The position numbers were made by a program, and so were the translations under genes. From positions 18,284-82,283 of the forward strand of contig CABQAZ010000005.1 in NCBI GenBank assembly GCA_902462295.1: a stretch of DNA of 64,000 nucleotides. Direction: 5' to 3'. How positions within the stretch are numbered: position 1 is the stretch's first letter; the number at the start of each line of letters is the position of its first letter. This document shows positions 39,630-49,239 of this stretch, one piece after another. The notes under the pieces are model-generated. The model did not search any database and had not been told where the DNA came from. It worked only from the letters and a program-made list of their open reading frames with translations. Source of the DNA: an uncultured Clostridium sp. (lineage in GTDB: Bacteria > Bacillota > Clostridia > TANB77 > CAG-508).

Positions 39630-41483
39630 ATGGAAAAATTAGCAATATTAGATTGTGGAGGGCAATACACTAAAGTAATTGACAGGAGAGTTAGAGAATT
39701 AGGGGTAAAATCAGACATATTACCAATTAATGCAAAATCAGACGAATTACAAGAATACAAAGCAATAATATTATCAGGAGGGCCTAATAGTATATCAAAT
39801 GATGAAAGGCTAAAATTTGATGAAAAAATATTTGAATTAGGAAAACCAATATTAGGAATATGTTACGGAATGCAACTAATGTCAGACCATTTTGGAGGAG
39901 TAGTAGACAGTAATGTTATAAAAGAATATGGACAAAATGAGATTTGGGTAGATACAAAATCACTAATATTTGATGGAATAGAAGAAAGACAAAAAGTGCT
40001 TATGAGCCATGGAGATACTGTAAAAATAGAACCAAAAGGGTTTAAAATAATAGGAAAATCTGGAGACACAATATCAGCAATAGGAAATGAAGAAAAAAGA
40101 ATGTATGGACTTCAATTTCATCCAGAAGTAGACCTAACAGAAGATGGAACGAAAATTCTAGAAAATTTTATTAGAAAGGTTGCGGAATATAAAGATTTTT
40201 ATGCATTAGATGATAGAATAGAAACATCAATAAAAATGATAAAAGAAAAAGTTGGAGAAAATAAAGTAGTTGTACTTGTAAGCGGAGGAGTAGATTCAGC
40301 AGTTACAACAGCATTACTTATAAAAGCATTAAATCCAGACAATGTATATGCAATACACATAGATTCTGGATTTATGAGAAAAAATGAAAGTGATGTAATA
40401 TGTGAAAACCTAAAAAAACTTGGATTAAAAAATCTAATAAGAGAAAATGCAAAAGATTATTTTTTTAATACAGTTGTAGAAGTTGATGGAAAAAAATTAG
40501 GACCATTAGTTAATACAATAGACCCTGAAGAAAAAAGACAAATAATAGGAGAAATCTTTATAAAAATAGCAAATAATGTAATAGAAAGATTAGGATTAGA
40601 CCCAGAACACACATATATTGCTCAAGGAACATTAAGACCAGATTTAATAGAAAGTGGAAATCCAGATATAAGTGGATTTGCACACAAAATAAAAACACAC
40701 CACAATGATGTTGCAATAGTAAGAGAAGCACGAAAAAAAGGACTTATAGTAGAAACAAATAGTGATTGGCATAAAGATGAAGTTAGAAAAGTAGCTAGAA
40801 TGTTAGGGTTAGAAGAAAGCATTGCTTCAAGACAGCCATTTCCTGGACCAGGACTAGCTATAAGATTAATATGCCATGATAAAAAAGAAGAAAATAAGAT
40901 TAACCAAGAAGATATAGATAAAATAAATCAAATAGTAAGTAAAACAACTGAAATGGCACAAATAATACCAATAAAATCAGTAGGTGTACAAGGAGACTGT
41001 AGAAGTTACAGAAATTTAGGAATATTATATGGAAATGGAGTAGATTTTAATTGGAATAATGTTACAACATTGGCAAAACAAATAACAGATAAAATAACCA
41101 CTATAAATAGAGTTGGATATATATTAAACAAAAAAGACATAAATCAAGAAATAAAATGTTTTGATATGAAAATAAATGACGAATGTGTAGAATTACTTAG
41201 AGAATTAGATAAAATAATAACAACTAATTTAGAGAAAAGCAAAGTAAATCAGACATTTGGTGTATTAATTCCAATAGGAATTACAAAAAAATATTCAGTT
41301 GCAATAAGAACATTTGTAACAAATGATTTTATGACAGGCAAACCAGGAGAAATAGGAACAGATGTAGAAAAGGCAATGATAGAAAAAACTGTAAAAGAAA
41401 TAGAAGATAAATTTTCAGATAAAATCGAATTTGTAATTTATGATGTAACAAGTAAACCACCAGCAACATGTGAGTGGCAATAA
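39630..41483 (+). CDS. guaA: GMP synthase (glutamine-hydrolysing), long form (617 aa)
   Basis: class-I GATase triad (GICYGMQLM, HGD..), PP-loop SGGVDSAV, QPFPGPGLAIRLIC, C-terminal KPPATCEWQ. Confidence 0.9.
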   Translation: MEKLAILDCGGQYTKVIDRRVRELGVKSDILPINAKSDELQEYKAIILSGGPNSISNDERLKFDEKIFELGKPILGICYGMQLMSDHFGGVVDSNVIKEYGQNEIWVDTKSLIFDGIEERQKVLMSHGDTVKIEPKGFKIIGKSGDTISAIGNEEKRMYGLQFHPEVDLTEDGTKILENFIRKVAEYKDFYALDDRIETSIKMIKEKVGENKVVVLVSGGVDSAVTTALLIKALNPDNVYAIHIDSGFMRKNESDVICENLKKLGLKNLIRENAKDYFFNTVVEVDGKKLGPLVNTIDPEEKRQIIGEIFIKIANNVIERLGLDPEHTYIAQGTLRPDLIESGNPDISGFAHKIKTHHNDVAIVREARKKGLIVETNSDWHKDEVRKVARMLGLEESIASRQPFPGPGLAIRLICHDKKEENKINQEDIDKINQIVSKTTEMAQIIPIKSVGVQGDCRSYRNLGILYGNGVDFNWNNVTTLAKQITDKITTINRVGYILNKKDINQEIKCFDMKINDECVELLRELDKIITTNLEKSKVNQTFGVLIPIGITKKYSVAIRTFVTNDFMTGKPGEIGTDVEKAMIEKTVKEIEDKFSDKIEFVIYDVTSKPPATCEWQ

Positions 41484-41491
41484 AAATGGAA

Positions 41492-41561
41492 CATTTGAAA
41501 CCGGGAATTTTATGGTCAAAACTTAAATGCAATGAAAATACCCGGTATCAAATGTTTTTTT
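41492..41561 (+). repeat. degenerate copy of the CCGG-core palindromic repeat family, shaped as a long-stem terminator after guaA
   Basis: CATTTGAAACCGGGAATTTT ... AAAATACCCGGTATCAAATG inverted arms (18/20) then TTTTTTT. Confidence 0.5.
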
Positions 41562-41581
41562 GGTAATGAAAGGAAAAAGAA

Positions 41582-42461
41582 ATGTTAGAAAAATGCACAA
41601 TATGTCCACATAAATGTGGAATAAACAGAACAAAAAATATAGGAAGATGTAAATCAACAAATAAAATAAAAATTGCATTATATTCAACTCATAATTTTGA
41701 AGAACCATGTATTTCGGGCGAGAATCGGTTCTGGAACAATTTTCTTTTCAAATTGTAATATGAACTGTATATTTTGTCAAAATTACGAAATAAGCCAATT
41801 TGGAAAGGGGAAAGAGATAATTGTAGATGAACTTGCAGACATAATGATAAAACAACAAGAAAAAGGAGTAGAAAACATCAATTTGGTAACACCAACAAGT
41901 TATGCAATACATATAATAGAAGCAATAAAAATAGCAAAAGAAAAGGGATTAAATATACCAATAGTGTATAATACAAATGGATATGAAAATGTAGAAACAT
42001 TAAAACTATTAGATGGGTATATTGATATATATTTGCCAGATTTTAAATATTACTATAATGAACTTGGAAAGAAATACTCAAAAGTAGAAAATTATTTTGA
42101 AATGGCTACAAATGCAATAAAAGAAATGTATAGACAAGTTGGAACTCCTAAATTAAATGAAAATGGGATTATGCAGAAAGGATTAATGATTAGACATTTA
42201 ATATTACCAAATCATGTAGAAAATAGTAAACAAGTTTTAAAATGGATAAAAGAAAATTTAGATAATAATGTATATGTAAGTATAATGGCTCAATACTTTC
42301 CGACTTATAAAGCAAAACAATTAGAAGAACTAAATAGAAAAATAACCCAAAAAGAATATGAGGAAATTGAAACATATTTATATGAAATTAATTTAGAAAA
42401 TGGCTATATTCAAGAACTTGGAGAACATGAAGAAGAATATGTGCCAAAGTGGGAATATTAA
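41582..42461 (+). pseudogene. PflX-like (COG1313) radical-SAM protein interrupted by an apparent +1 frameshift at ~41726
   Basis: frame A: MLEKCTICPHKCGINR...HNFEEPCISGEN then stop at 41756; frame A+1: GSGTIFFSNCNMNCIFCQN (CxxxCxxC) to 42461; deleting C41726 restores ...CISGENGSGTIFF... Confidence 0.55.
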
Positions 42462-42566
42462 ATTACAAAAACATTAGAATGTAACTTTTTTGTAAAAATG
42501 ATTTACAAGGCACAATTATTATGATATATTAAAAAAGTACAAAGCATACAAAAGGGGGAAAAATTA

Positions 42567-43424
42567 ATGACACAAGCAGATAAAAATTTTATTGATACAT
42601 GTAAAGAAATAATAAAAAATGGTTTTTCTTCAGAAGGAACAAATGTTAGAACAAGATGGGAAGATGGTACAGAAGCAAATTATTATTCGATTGTAGGAGT
42701 ACAAAACAAATATGATTTAGAAAAAGAATTTCCAATGATTACACTTAGAAATAATTCTAAAACAATAAAAAATGCGATAGATGAAATATTATGGATATGG
42801 CAAAAAAAATCAAATAAAGTTAGTGAATTAAATTCTCACATTTGGGACCAATGGACAGGAGAAGACGGAACTATAGGAAAAGCTTATGGATATCAATTAG
42901 CAAAAAAGTATGAATTTAAAACAAAAGATGGAATAAAGACAATGGATCAAGTAGACTATGTGATATATTTATTAAAAAATGACCCATCAAGTCGTAGAAT
43001 AATGACAAATCTTTTTAATCATGAAGATTTAAAAGATATGAATTTAGAACCATGTGCATATGGAACACAGTGGTTAGTAAAAGAAGGAAAATTGCATTTA
43101 ATTTTAAACCAACGTTCACAAGATATGTTAACGGCAAATGGATGGAATATAATGCAATATGCAGTATTACAGTCGATGTTTGCACAAATATCAGGATTAA
43201 AACCAGGAACATTAACACACAATATTGGAGATTGTCACATATATGATAGACACATCCAAATTGTAAAGCAACTTATAGATGCAACACCAGTAGAATGTAA
43301 ACCTAAATTAGTTATAAAAAATGATACAAAAGACTTTTATCAATTTAAAGTAGAAGATTTTGAAATTATAGATTATGACTACAACAAAGAAGTAAAAATA
43401 GGGAAAATTCCAGTTGCAGAATAA
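42567..43424 (+). CDS. thyA: thymidylate synthase ThyA
   Basis: catalytic Cys region EPCAYGTQW (PCH-like), ILNQRSQDM, typical ThyA length. Confidence 0.85.
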   Translation: MTQADKNFIDTCKEIIKNGFSSEGTNVRTRWEDGTEANYYSIVGVQNKYDLEKEFPMITLRNNSKTIKNAIDEILWIWQKKSNKVSELNSHIWDQWTGEDGTIGKAYGYQLAKKYEFKTKDGIKTMDQVDYVIYLLKNDPSSRRIMTNLFNHEDLKDMNLEPCAYGTQWLVKEGKLHLILNQRSQDMLTANGWNIMQYAVLQSMFAQISGLKPGTLTHNIGDCHIYDRHIQIVKQLIDATPVECKPKLVIKNDTKDFYQFKVEDFEIIDYDYNKEVKIGKIPVAE

Positions 43425-43460
43425 TTTTAAAAGTTATATAAAAGAATAAGGAGTAAAGAT

Positions 43461-43946
43461 ATGTTAAGTATAATAGTAGCAAAAGCAAAAAATAATGTTA
43501 TAGGAAAAAATAATAAAATAATATGGAATCTACCAGAAGACTTAAAAAAATTTAAAGAATTAACTACAGGACATACAATAATAATGGGAAGAAAAACATT
43601 TGAATCAATAGGAAGAGTTTTACCAAACAGAAAACACATAATATTTAGTCAAAATCCAGATTTTAAAGTAAATGATGAAAATGTAGAAATAGTTCATTCT
43701 ATGCTTCAAATCCAAGAATATATAGAAGATGATAATGAAAACTTTGTAATAGGTGGAGCAATGATATATAATTTATTAATGCCATATGTAAAGAAAATGT
43801 ATGTAACACAAATAAATAAGGAATTTGATGGAGATACATTTTTTCCAAGAATAGATGAAGAAGTTTGGAATGTAGTTGAAAAAGTATCTAAAAGAGATGA
43901 AAATAGTAATTTAGATTATGAATATGTAACATATGAACGAAAATAA
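43461..43946 (+). CDS. folA: dihydrofolate reductase
   Basis: IVAKAKNNVIGKNNKIIWNLPEDLKKFKELTTGHTIIMGRKTFESIG. Confidence 0.9.
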   Translation: MLSIIVAKAKNNVIGKNNKIIWNLPEDLKKFKELTTGHTIIMGRKTFESIGRVLPNRKHIIFSQNPDFKVNDENVEIVHSMLQIQEYIEDDNENFVIGGAMIYNLLMPYVKKMYVTQINKEFDGDTFFPRIDEEVWNVVEKVSKRDENSNLDYEYVTYERK

Positions 43947-43976
43947 AAAACTCACAAAAAAGTGAGTTTTTTTTTG
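43947..43976 (+). terminator. rho-independent terminator after folA
   Basis: AACTCAC-AAAAAA-GTGAGTT + TTTTTTTT. Confidence 0.7.
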
Positions 43977-44014
43977 AAAATAGGCTAAACTATAAAAAGT
44001 GGAGGAAAAAATAT

Positions 44015-45013
44015 ATGTTTAAGCCAAAAGGAATTTATTATGAAAAAGAAATAGAGAATTATGAGTTGGGAAAAGAACTTCTAGAAAAATATAAAGAAGT
44101 ACCAAAAGTAATTATTGAAAATCATAATAATATAGAAGAAATGAGAAAAAAGCACAATTCAGAATTTCCAGATATGAAAAAAAACTTAATAATAGGAATA
44201 CGAAAAACACATAAATTTGTGGAAAACCATAAAACATCAGACTATTTAGTACCATATACATCATCAGGGTGTACAGCAATGTGTATGTATTGTTATTTGG
44301 TATGTAATTATAATAAATGTGCATATTTAAGATTATTTGTAAATAGAGAGCAAATGTTAGAAAAAATAATAAAAACTTCACAAAATAGTCCAAAGCAATT
44401 AACATTTGAAATAGGAAGTAATAGTGATTTGGTATTAGAAAATACAATAACAGGCAATTTAGTTTGGACAATAGAAAATTTTGCTAATACAGAAAAAGGA
44501 TTTTTAACATTACCAACAAAATTTGATATGGTAGATGATATATTGCCATTAAAACATAATGGTAAAATAATAATTAGAATGAGTGTAAATCCAGAAGAAA
44601 TAATAAATAAGGTTGAATTTGGGACGTCAAGACTAAAAGGTAGAATAGAAGCAATAAATAAATTAACAGAAGCGGGTTATAAAATAGGAATATTAATTGC
44701 TCCAGTAATATTGGTAGAGAATTGGAAAGAATTATATACAGATTTAATTAAAAGATTAAGTGTAGAATTATCAGAAAAGGCACGAAAAGAGGCTTTTTTT
44801 GAAATTATTTTTATGACATATAGCTATGTTCATACTAGAATAAATGAAGAGGCTTTTCCTAATGCTATAAATTTATATGATAAAGAAAAAATGACAGGAA
44901 GAGGAAATGGAAAATATGGATATAAGGAAAAACATAGAATTGAAGCGGAAATTTATTTAAGAGAGCAAATGAATAAATATTTTCCTAATAATAGAATAGA
45001 ATATGTTGTTTAG
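44015..45013 (+). CDS. splB: spore photoproduct lyase (radical SAM)
   Basis: SGCTAMCMYCYL (CxxxCxxC), N-terminus FKPKGIYYEKEIENYELGKEL, overall colinear with Bacillus SplB. Confidence 0.85.
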   Translation: MFKPKGIYYEKEIENYELGKELLEKYKEVPKVIIENHNNIEEMRKKHNSEFPDMKKNLIIGIRKTHKFVENHKTSDYLVPYTSSGCTAMCMYCYLVCNYNKCAYLRLFVNREQMLEKIIKTSQNSPKQLTFEIGSNSDLVLENTITGNLVWTIENFANTEKGFLTLPTKFDMVDDILPLKHNGKIIIRMSVNPEEIINKVEFGTSRLKGRIEAINKLTEAGYKIGILIAPVILVENWKELYTDLIKRLSVELSEKARKEAFFEIIFMTYSYVHTRINEEAFPNAINLYDKEKMTGRGNGKYGYKEKHRIEAEIYLREQMNKYFPNNRIEYVV

Positions 45014-45029
45014 AATTTTGGAATGACAA

Positions 45030-45058
45030 AAAAAGACTTATGTTTAAAGTCTTTTTTG
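45030..45058 (+). terminator. rho-independent terminator after splB
   Basis: AAAGACTT-ATGTTT-AAGTCTTT + TTT. Confidence 0.6.
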
Positions 45059-45297
45059 TACATTCCGAAAACATTTTACACTATTTAAATCTACATAAAT
45101 TTGATTTTTTGGAAATATTGTGCTATAATATAAGTATTATAAGGCAATTTGCCTATTGTACATTGAAAATAGCAAAAGATTATTAGGAAAACTGATTAAG
45201 TGAAATGATATACCCCAAAGGTTATTCCAACTATAATAATTTATTTGCTACAATAAGTCCTCACAAGCAGAAAGAGATGAGGCAGGAAGGAATAAAA

Positions 45298-45738
45298 ATG
45301 AAAAGAACAGAAAGAGAAAAAATCGTCGACACAATGAAAAACGTAATGGCTGCACTAAATGGATTTGGTGTAGAATATAGTACCAATTGGTATGGATATT
45401 CTTCAGAGACAAGTTTGAAGGAGATTCAGAAAATTGGAGATGGTGATACCAAAGATGTGTTTTTTGAAGATTTCGACGGAGGAGATGAATTCAAAAAAGA
45501 ATTCAAGAAATTTGTCGAAAGAAAAAATTGCTCTAAGGTTCAGGCAAGAGCTTGGGCTGAGGAAGAAAATATGATTATGATACAGATATGTCGTCAGTAT
45601 GAGGATATGTATGATGATTATTATGAAGCGATGGAAAATGAGTGGAATTCATCACCATCGTATTTGACAATGAACGTGCACATATATAAGACAAGTTTGC
45701 GTAATTTTGTATCAGTATGTGCACCATACTGCTGGTGA
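45298..45738 (+). CDS. hypothetical acidic protein, GC-atypical (~38% GC); start ATG 45298 preferred (ORF open from 45205)
   Basis: strong RBS AGGAAGGAA before 45298; own promoter TTGATT-17-TGcTATAAT (~45101-45129) and strong terminator. Confidence 0.5.
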   Translation: MKRTEREKIVDTMKNVMAALNGFGVEYSTNWYGYSSETSLKEIQKIGDGDTKDVFFEDFDGGDEFKKEFKKFVERKNCSKVQARAWAEEENMIMIQICRQYEDMYDDYYEAMENEWNSSPSYLTMNVHIYKTSLRNFVSVCAPYCW

Positions 45739-45754
45739 GGGGGGAAAAACACTA

Positions 45755-45790
45755 GGACGAGAACTGTAATACAGTTCTCGTCTTTTTGCT
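45755..45790 (+). terminator. rho-independent terminator (perfect 12-bp stem)
   Basis: GACGAGAACTGT-AAT-ACAGTTCTCGTC + TTTTTG. Confidence 0.75.
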
Positions 45791-45991
45791 GAAAAAAATG
45801 GAGAAAAGTTGACATATAAAAGAAAAATCTTTTTAGAACGGAACAATATTTGAATGACTTATCAGTTCAAAAATTCACTTGACATTACAACAAAATAATA
45901 ATATACTGAAAGCAAGTTTTGGAAGAAATTTCAAGACTTGCTGTTTATGTATTATAACATAAACTAAAAAACAAAAAGGAGGCTAAAATCA

Positions 45992-46570
45992 ATGAACAAT
46001 TTAATTGAAATTAGATGGCACGGAAGAGGTGGCCAAGGTGCAAAAACAGCTTCATTATTATTAGCAGATGCAGCATTTAATACAGGAAAATACATTCAAG
46101 GATTTCCTGAATATGGACCAGAAAGAATGGGAGCACCAATAACAGCATACAACAGAATTAGTGATGAACCAATAACAATACATAGTAACATATATGAGCC
46201 TGATTATGTAGTAGTAGTAGATGATACATTATTAACATCAGTACCTGTCACTGCAGGATTAAAAAAAGAGGGAGCAATCGTAATAAATACAACGAAATCA
46301 CCAGAGCAACTAAAAGAACTATTAAAAGGATATGAGGGAGCAGTATATACAATAGATGCAAGAAAAGTATCAGAAGAAGCATTAGGAAAATATTTTCCTA
46401 ACACGCCAATGCTTGCAGCAATAGTAAAAGTAACAGGAATAATGACAGATGAAGAACTATTAGCAGATATGCAAAATTCTTTTAAACATAAATTTGCAAA
46501 AAAACCTGAAGTTATAGATGGAAATATGAAAGCCTTAGAATTAGCACTTAAAGAAATAAAGAAAATATAA
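45992..46570 (+). CDS. porG: 2-oxoacid:ferredoxin oxidoreductase gamma subunit
   Basis: IRWHGRGGQGAKTASLLLA motif. Confidence 0.85.
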   Translation: MNNLIEIRWHGRGGQGAKTASLLLADAAFNTGKYIQGFPEYGPERMGAPITAYNRISDEPITIHSNIYEPDYVVVVDDTLLTSVPVTAGLKKEGAIVINTTKSPEQLKELLKGYEGAVYTIDARKVSEEALGKYFPNTPMLAAIVKVTGIMTDEELLADMQNSFKHKFAKKPEVIDGNMKALELALKEIKKI

Positions 46571-46604
46571 GGTGCAAATCATCAAATAGAAAGGAAGATT
46601 AACA

Positions 46605-46904
46605 ATGACAGAAATAAATGCAAAAACACCTATGGAAGAATTAACAATAGGTGGAAATATATATAATGCAGGAAATGCAAGAGAATTCAAAACAGGTGAC
46701 TGGAGAAGTATGAAACCTATTTGGATTGAAGAAAAATGTAAACAATGTGGATTATGTTTTCCAGTATGTCCTGATAATTCAATTCCTGTTGGAAAGGATT
46801 TGAATAGAGGAGATTTTAATTATGATTATTGTAAAGGATGTGGAGTTTGTGCTAAAACATGTCCTTTTAGTGCGATCGAAATGAAAGAGGAGGGAGTTGA
46901 ATAA
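46605..46904 (+). CDS. porD: 2-oxoacid:ferredoxin oxidoreductase delta subunit (2x[4Fe-4S])
   Basis: CKQCGLCFPVCP and CKGCGVCAKTCP. Confidence 0.85.
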   Translation: MTEINAKTPMEELTIGGNIYNAGNAREFKTGDWRSMKPIWIEEKCKQCGLCFPVCPDNSIPVGKDLNRGDFNYDYCKGCGVCAKTCPFSAIEMKEEGVE

Positions 46905-48094
46905 TGAGTATAAGAGAAAGATTAAGTGGAAACGAAGCAACAGCAATAGCAATGAAGCAAATTAATCCAGATGTAGTTGCAGCATTTCCAATAACACCAT
47001 CAACAGAGATTCCACAGTACTTTTCAACATTTGTAGCAAATGGAGAAGTTGATACAGAATTTGTTGCAGTTGAAAGTGAACATAGTGCAATGTCTGCAAC
47101 AATAGGAGCAGAAGCTGCAGGAGCAAGAGCAATGACAGCAACATCTGCAAATGGATTATCATTAATGTGGGAAATGATATATATAGCTTCAAGTTTAAGA
47201 TTACCAATAGTTATGGCACTAGTAAATAGAGCTGTTTCAGGGCCATTAAATATCCATAATGATCATTCAGATGCAATGGGAGTTAGAGATGCAGGATGGA
47301 TAATGTTATTTTCAGAAAATAATCAAGAAGCATATGATAACATGTTAATGGCACATAGAATTGCTGAACACAAAGATGTATTATTACCAGTAATGGTTTG
47401 TCAAGATGGATTTATAACATCACATTCAATAGAAAATATTCAATTAGAAAATGATGAAGATGTAAGAAAATTTGTAGGTCAATATAAACCAGAACATTAT
47501 TTATTAAATGATAAAGAGCCAATGGCAATAGGTCCATTAGATTTACAAGCATATTTATTTGAACATAAAGCACAACAAGGTGAAGCAATGAAAAATGCTA
47601 AAAAAGTTATAAAAGAAGTTGCAGAAGAATTTGAAAAATGGACTGGAAGAAAATATGAATTTTTTGAAAAATATAAATTAGATGATGCAGAAATTGCTAT
47701 TGTATGTATGAATTCAACAGCAGGAACAACAAAAGCAGTTGTTAATAAATTAAGAGAACAAGGAGTAAAAGCAGGACTTCTAAAAGTAAGAATGTTTAGA
47801 CCATTTCCAGCAGAAGAAATAGCAGAAGCATTATCACATTTAAAAGCTGTTGCAGTATTGGATAAAGCAGACTCATTAAATACAGCAGGTGGGGCATTAT
47901 TTGAAGATGTAACATCAGCAATGTATGTAAATAAAAAACAGGTTCCAATGGTAAACTATGTATATGGAATTGGTGGAAGAGATACAACAGAAAAACAATT
48001 AGAATCAGTATATTCAGACTTAGCAGAAATTGTACAAAGCGGAAATTTAGGAGAACCATATAGATATTTAGGACTAAGAAAGGGGGAGAAGTAA
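46904..48094 (+). CDS. porA: 2-oxoacid:ferredoxin oxidoreductase alpha subunit
   Basis: POR alpha N-domain (GNEA.A.A.....VAAFPITPSTEI). Confidence 0.85.
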   Translation: MSIRERLSGNEATAIAMKQINPDVVAAFPITPSTEIPQYFSTFVANGEVDTEFVAVESEHSAMSATIGAEAAGARAMTATSANGLSLMWEMIYIASSLRLPIVMALVNRAVSGPLNIHNDHSDAMGVRDAGWIMLFSENNQEAYDNMLMAHRIAEHKDVLLPVMVCQDGFITSHSIENIQLENDEDVRKFVGQYKPEHYLLNDKEPMAIGPLDLQAYLFEHKAQQGEAMKNAKKVIKEVAEEFEKWTGRKYEFFEKYKLDDAEIAIVCMNSTAGTTKAVVNKLREQGVKAGLLKVRMFRPFPAEEIAEALSHLKAVAVLDKADSLNTAGGALFEDVTSAMYVNKKQVPMVNYVYGIGGRDTTEKQLESVYSDLAEIVQSGNLGEPYRYLGLRKGEK

Positions 48095-48095
48095 A

Positions 48096-49049
48096 ATGGC
48101 ATATAATCTAAAAGAAGTAATGGCAAATAAGCCATCAAGATTCACAGAAGGACACAGAATGTGTGCAGGATGTGGAGCCCCAGTGGTAGGAAGAATGATA
48201 ATGAGAGCATTAAAACCAGAAGATCATGCTGTAGTAGCAAATGCAACAGGGTGTATGGAAGTATCAACATTTATATATCCATATACAGCATGGACAGATT
48301 CATTTATACATACTGCATTTGAATGTGCAGGAGCTACATGTGCAGGAGCAGAAGCAGCTTATAAATCAATGAAAAAACAAGGGAAATTACCACAAGATAA
48401 AGATACAAAATTCATAGCATTTGGTGGAGATGGAGGAACTTATGATATAGGTTTACAAAGTTTATCAGGTGCAATGGAAAGAGGTCATGACATGGTATAT
48501 GTATGTTATGACAATGGAGCATATATGAATACAGGGATTCAACGTTCATCAGCAACTCCAAAATTTGCAGATACAACAACATCACCAGCAGGAAAAGTTA
48601 TTCCAGGAAAAATGCAAGTTAGAAAAGATTTAGCAAAAATTATGGTAGGACATCATATACCATATGTTGCTCAAACACTTGCAATGACAAATTTCAAAGA
48701 TTTATATGAAAAAGCTGAAAAAGCAATTTATACAGAGGGACCAGCATTTTTAAATGTAATGGCACCATGCCCAAGAGGGTGGGGATATCCAACAGAAGAT
48801 TTAATGAAAATTAATAAATTAGCAGCTGATACATGTTATTGGCCATTATATGAAGTTATAGATGGAAAATATAAAATTACGTATAAACCAGCTAAGAAAC
48901 TTCCAATAGAAGAATTTTTACGCCCACAAAAGCGTTTTAAACATATGTTTAAACCAGGTAATGAATGGATGATTGAAGAATTCCAAAAAGAAGTTGATGC
49001 AAGATGGCAGGAACTTCTTGATTTAGAGGAAATTACTAATAGAGAATAA
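48096..49049 (+). CDS. porB: 2-oxoacid:ferredoxin oxidoreductase beta subunit (TPP-binding)
   Basis: CAGCG...GDGG.YDIG TPP motif, Fe-S Cys ligands. Confidence 0.85.
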   Translation: MAYNLKEVMANKPSRFTEGHRMCAGCGAPVVGRMIMRALKPEDHAVVANATGCMEVSTFIYPYTAWTDSFIHTAFECAGATCAGAEAAYKSMKKQGKLPQDKDTKFIAFGGDGGTYDIGLQSLSGAMERGHDMVYVCYDNGAYMNTGIQRSSATPKFADTTTSPAGKVIPGKMQVRKDLAKIMVGHHIPYVAQTLAMTNFKDLYEKAEKAIYTEGPAFLNVMAPCPRGWGYPTEDLMKINKLAADTCYWPLYEVIDGKYKITYKPAKKLPIEEFLRPQKRFKHMFKPGNEWMIEEFQKEVDARWQELLDLEEITNRE

Positions 49050-49070
49050 ATTATTAACAAGTAAATTTGA

Positions 49071-49110
49071 ATAAAGTCTAGAATAAAAATAATATTCTGG
49101 GCTTTATTTT
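49071..49110 (+). terminator. rho-independent terminator after porB
   Basis: AGTCTAGAATA / TATTCTGGGCT stem (G-U pairs) + TTATTTT. Confidence 0.45.
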
Positions 49111-49239
49111 AGGTATGTAAATATGGAATTTATTAACTTGTAACACTTTATTGTAAAATTTTATAAAAAATGATGAAAAAAAAGAAGTAATATGATATAA
49201 TATAATAGCCAAGAAATATATAAATAAACAGGAGGAGAA

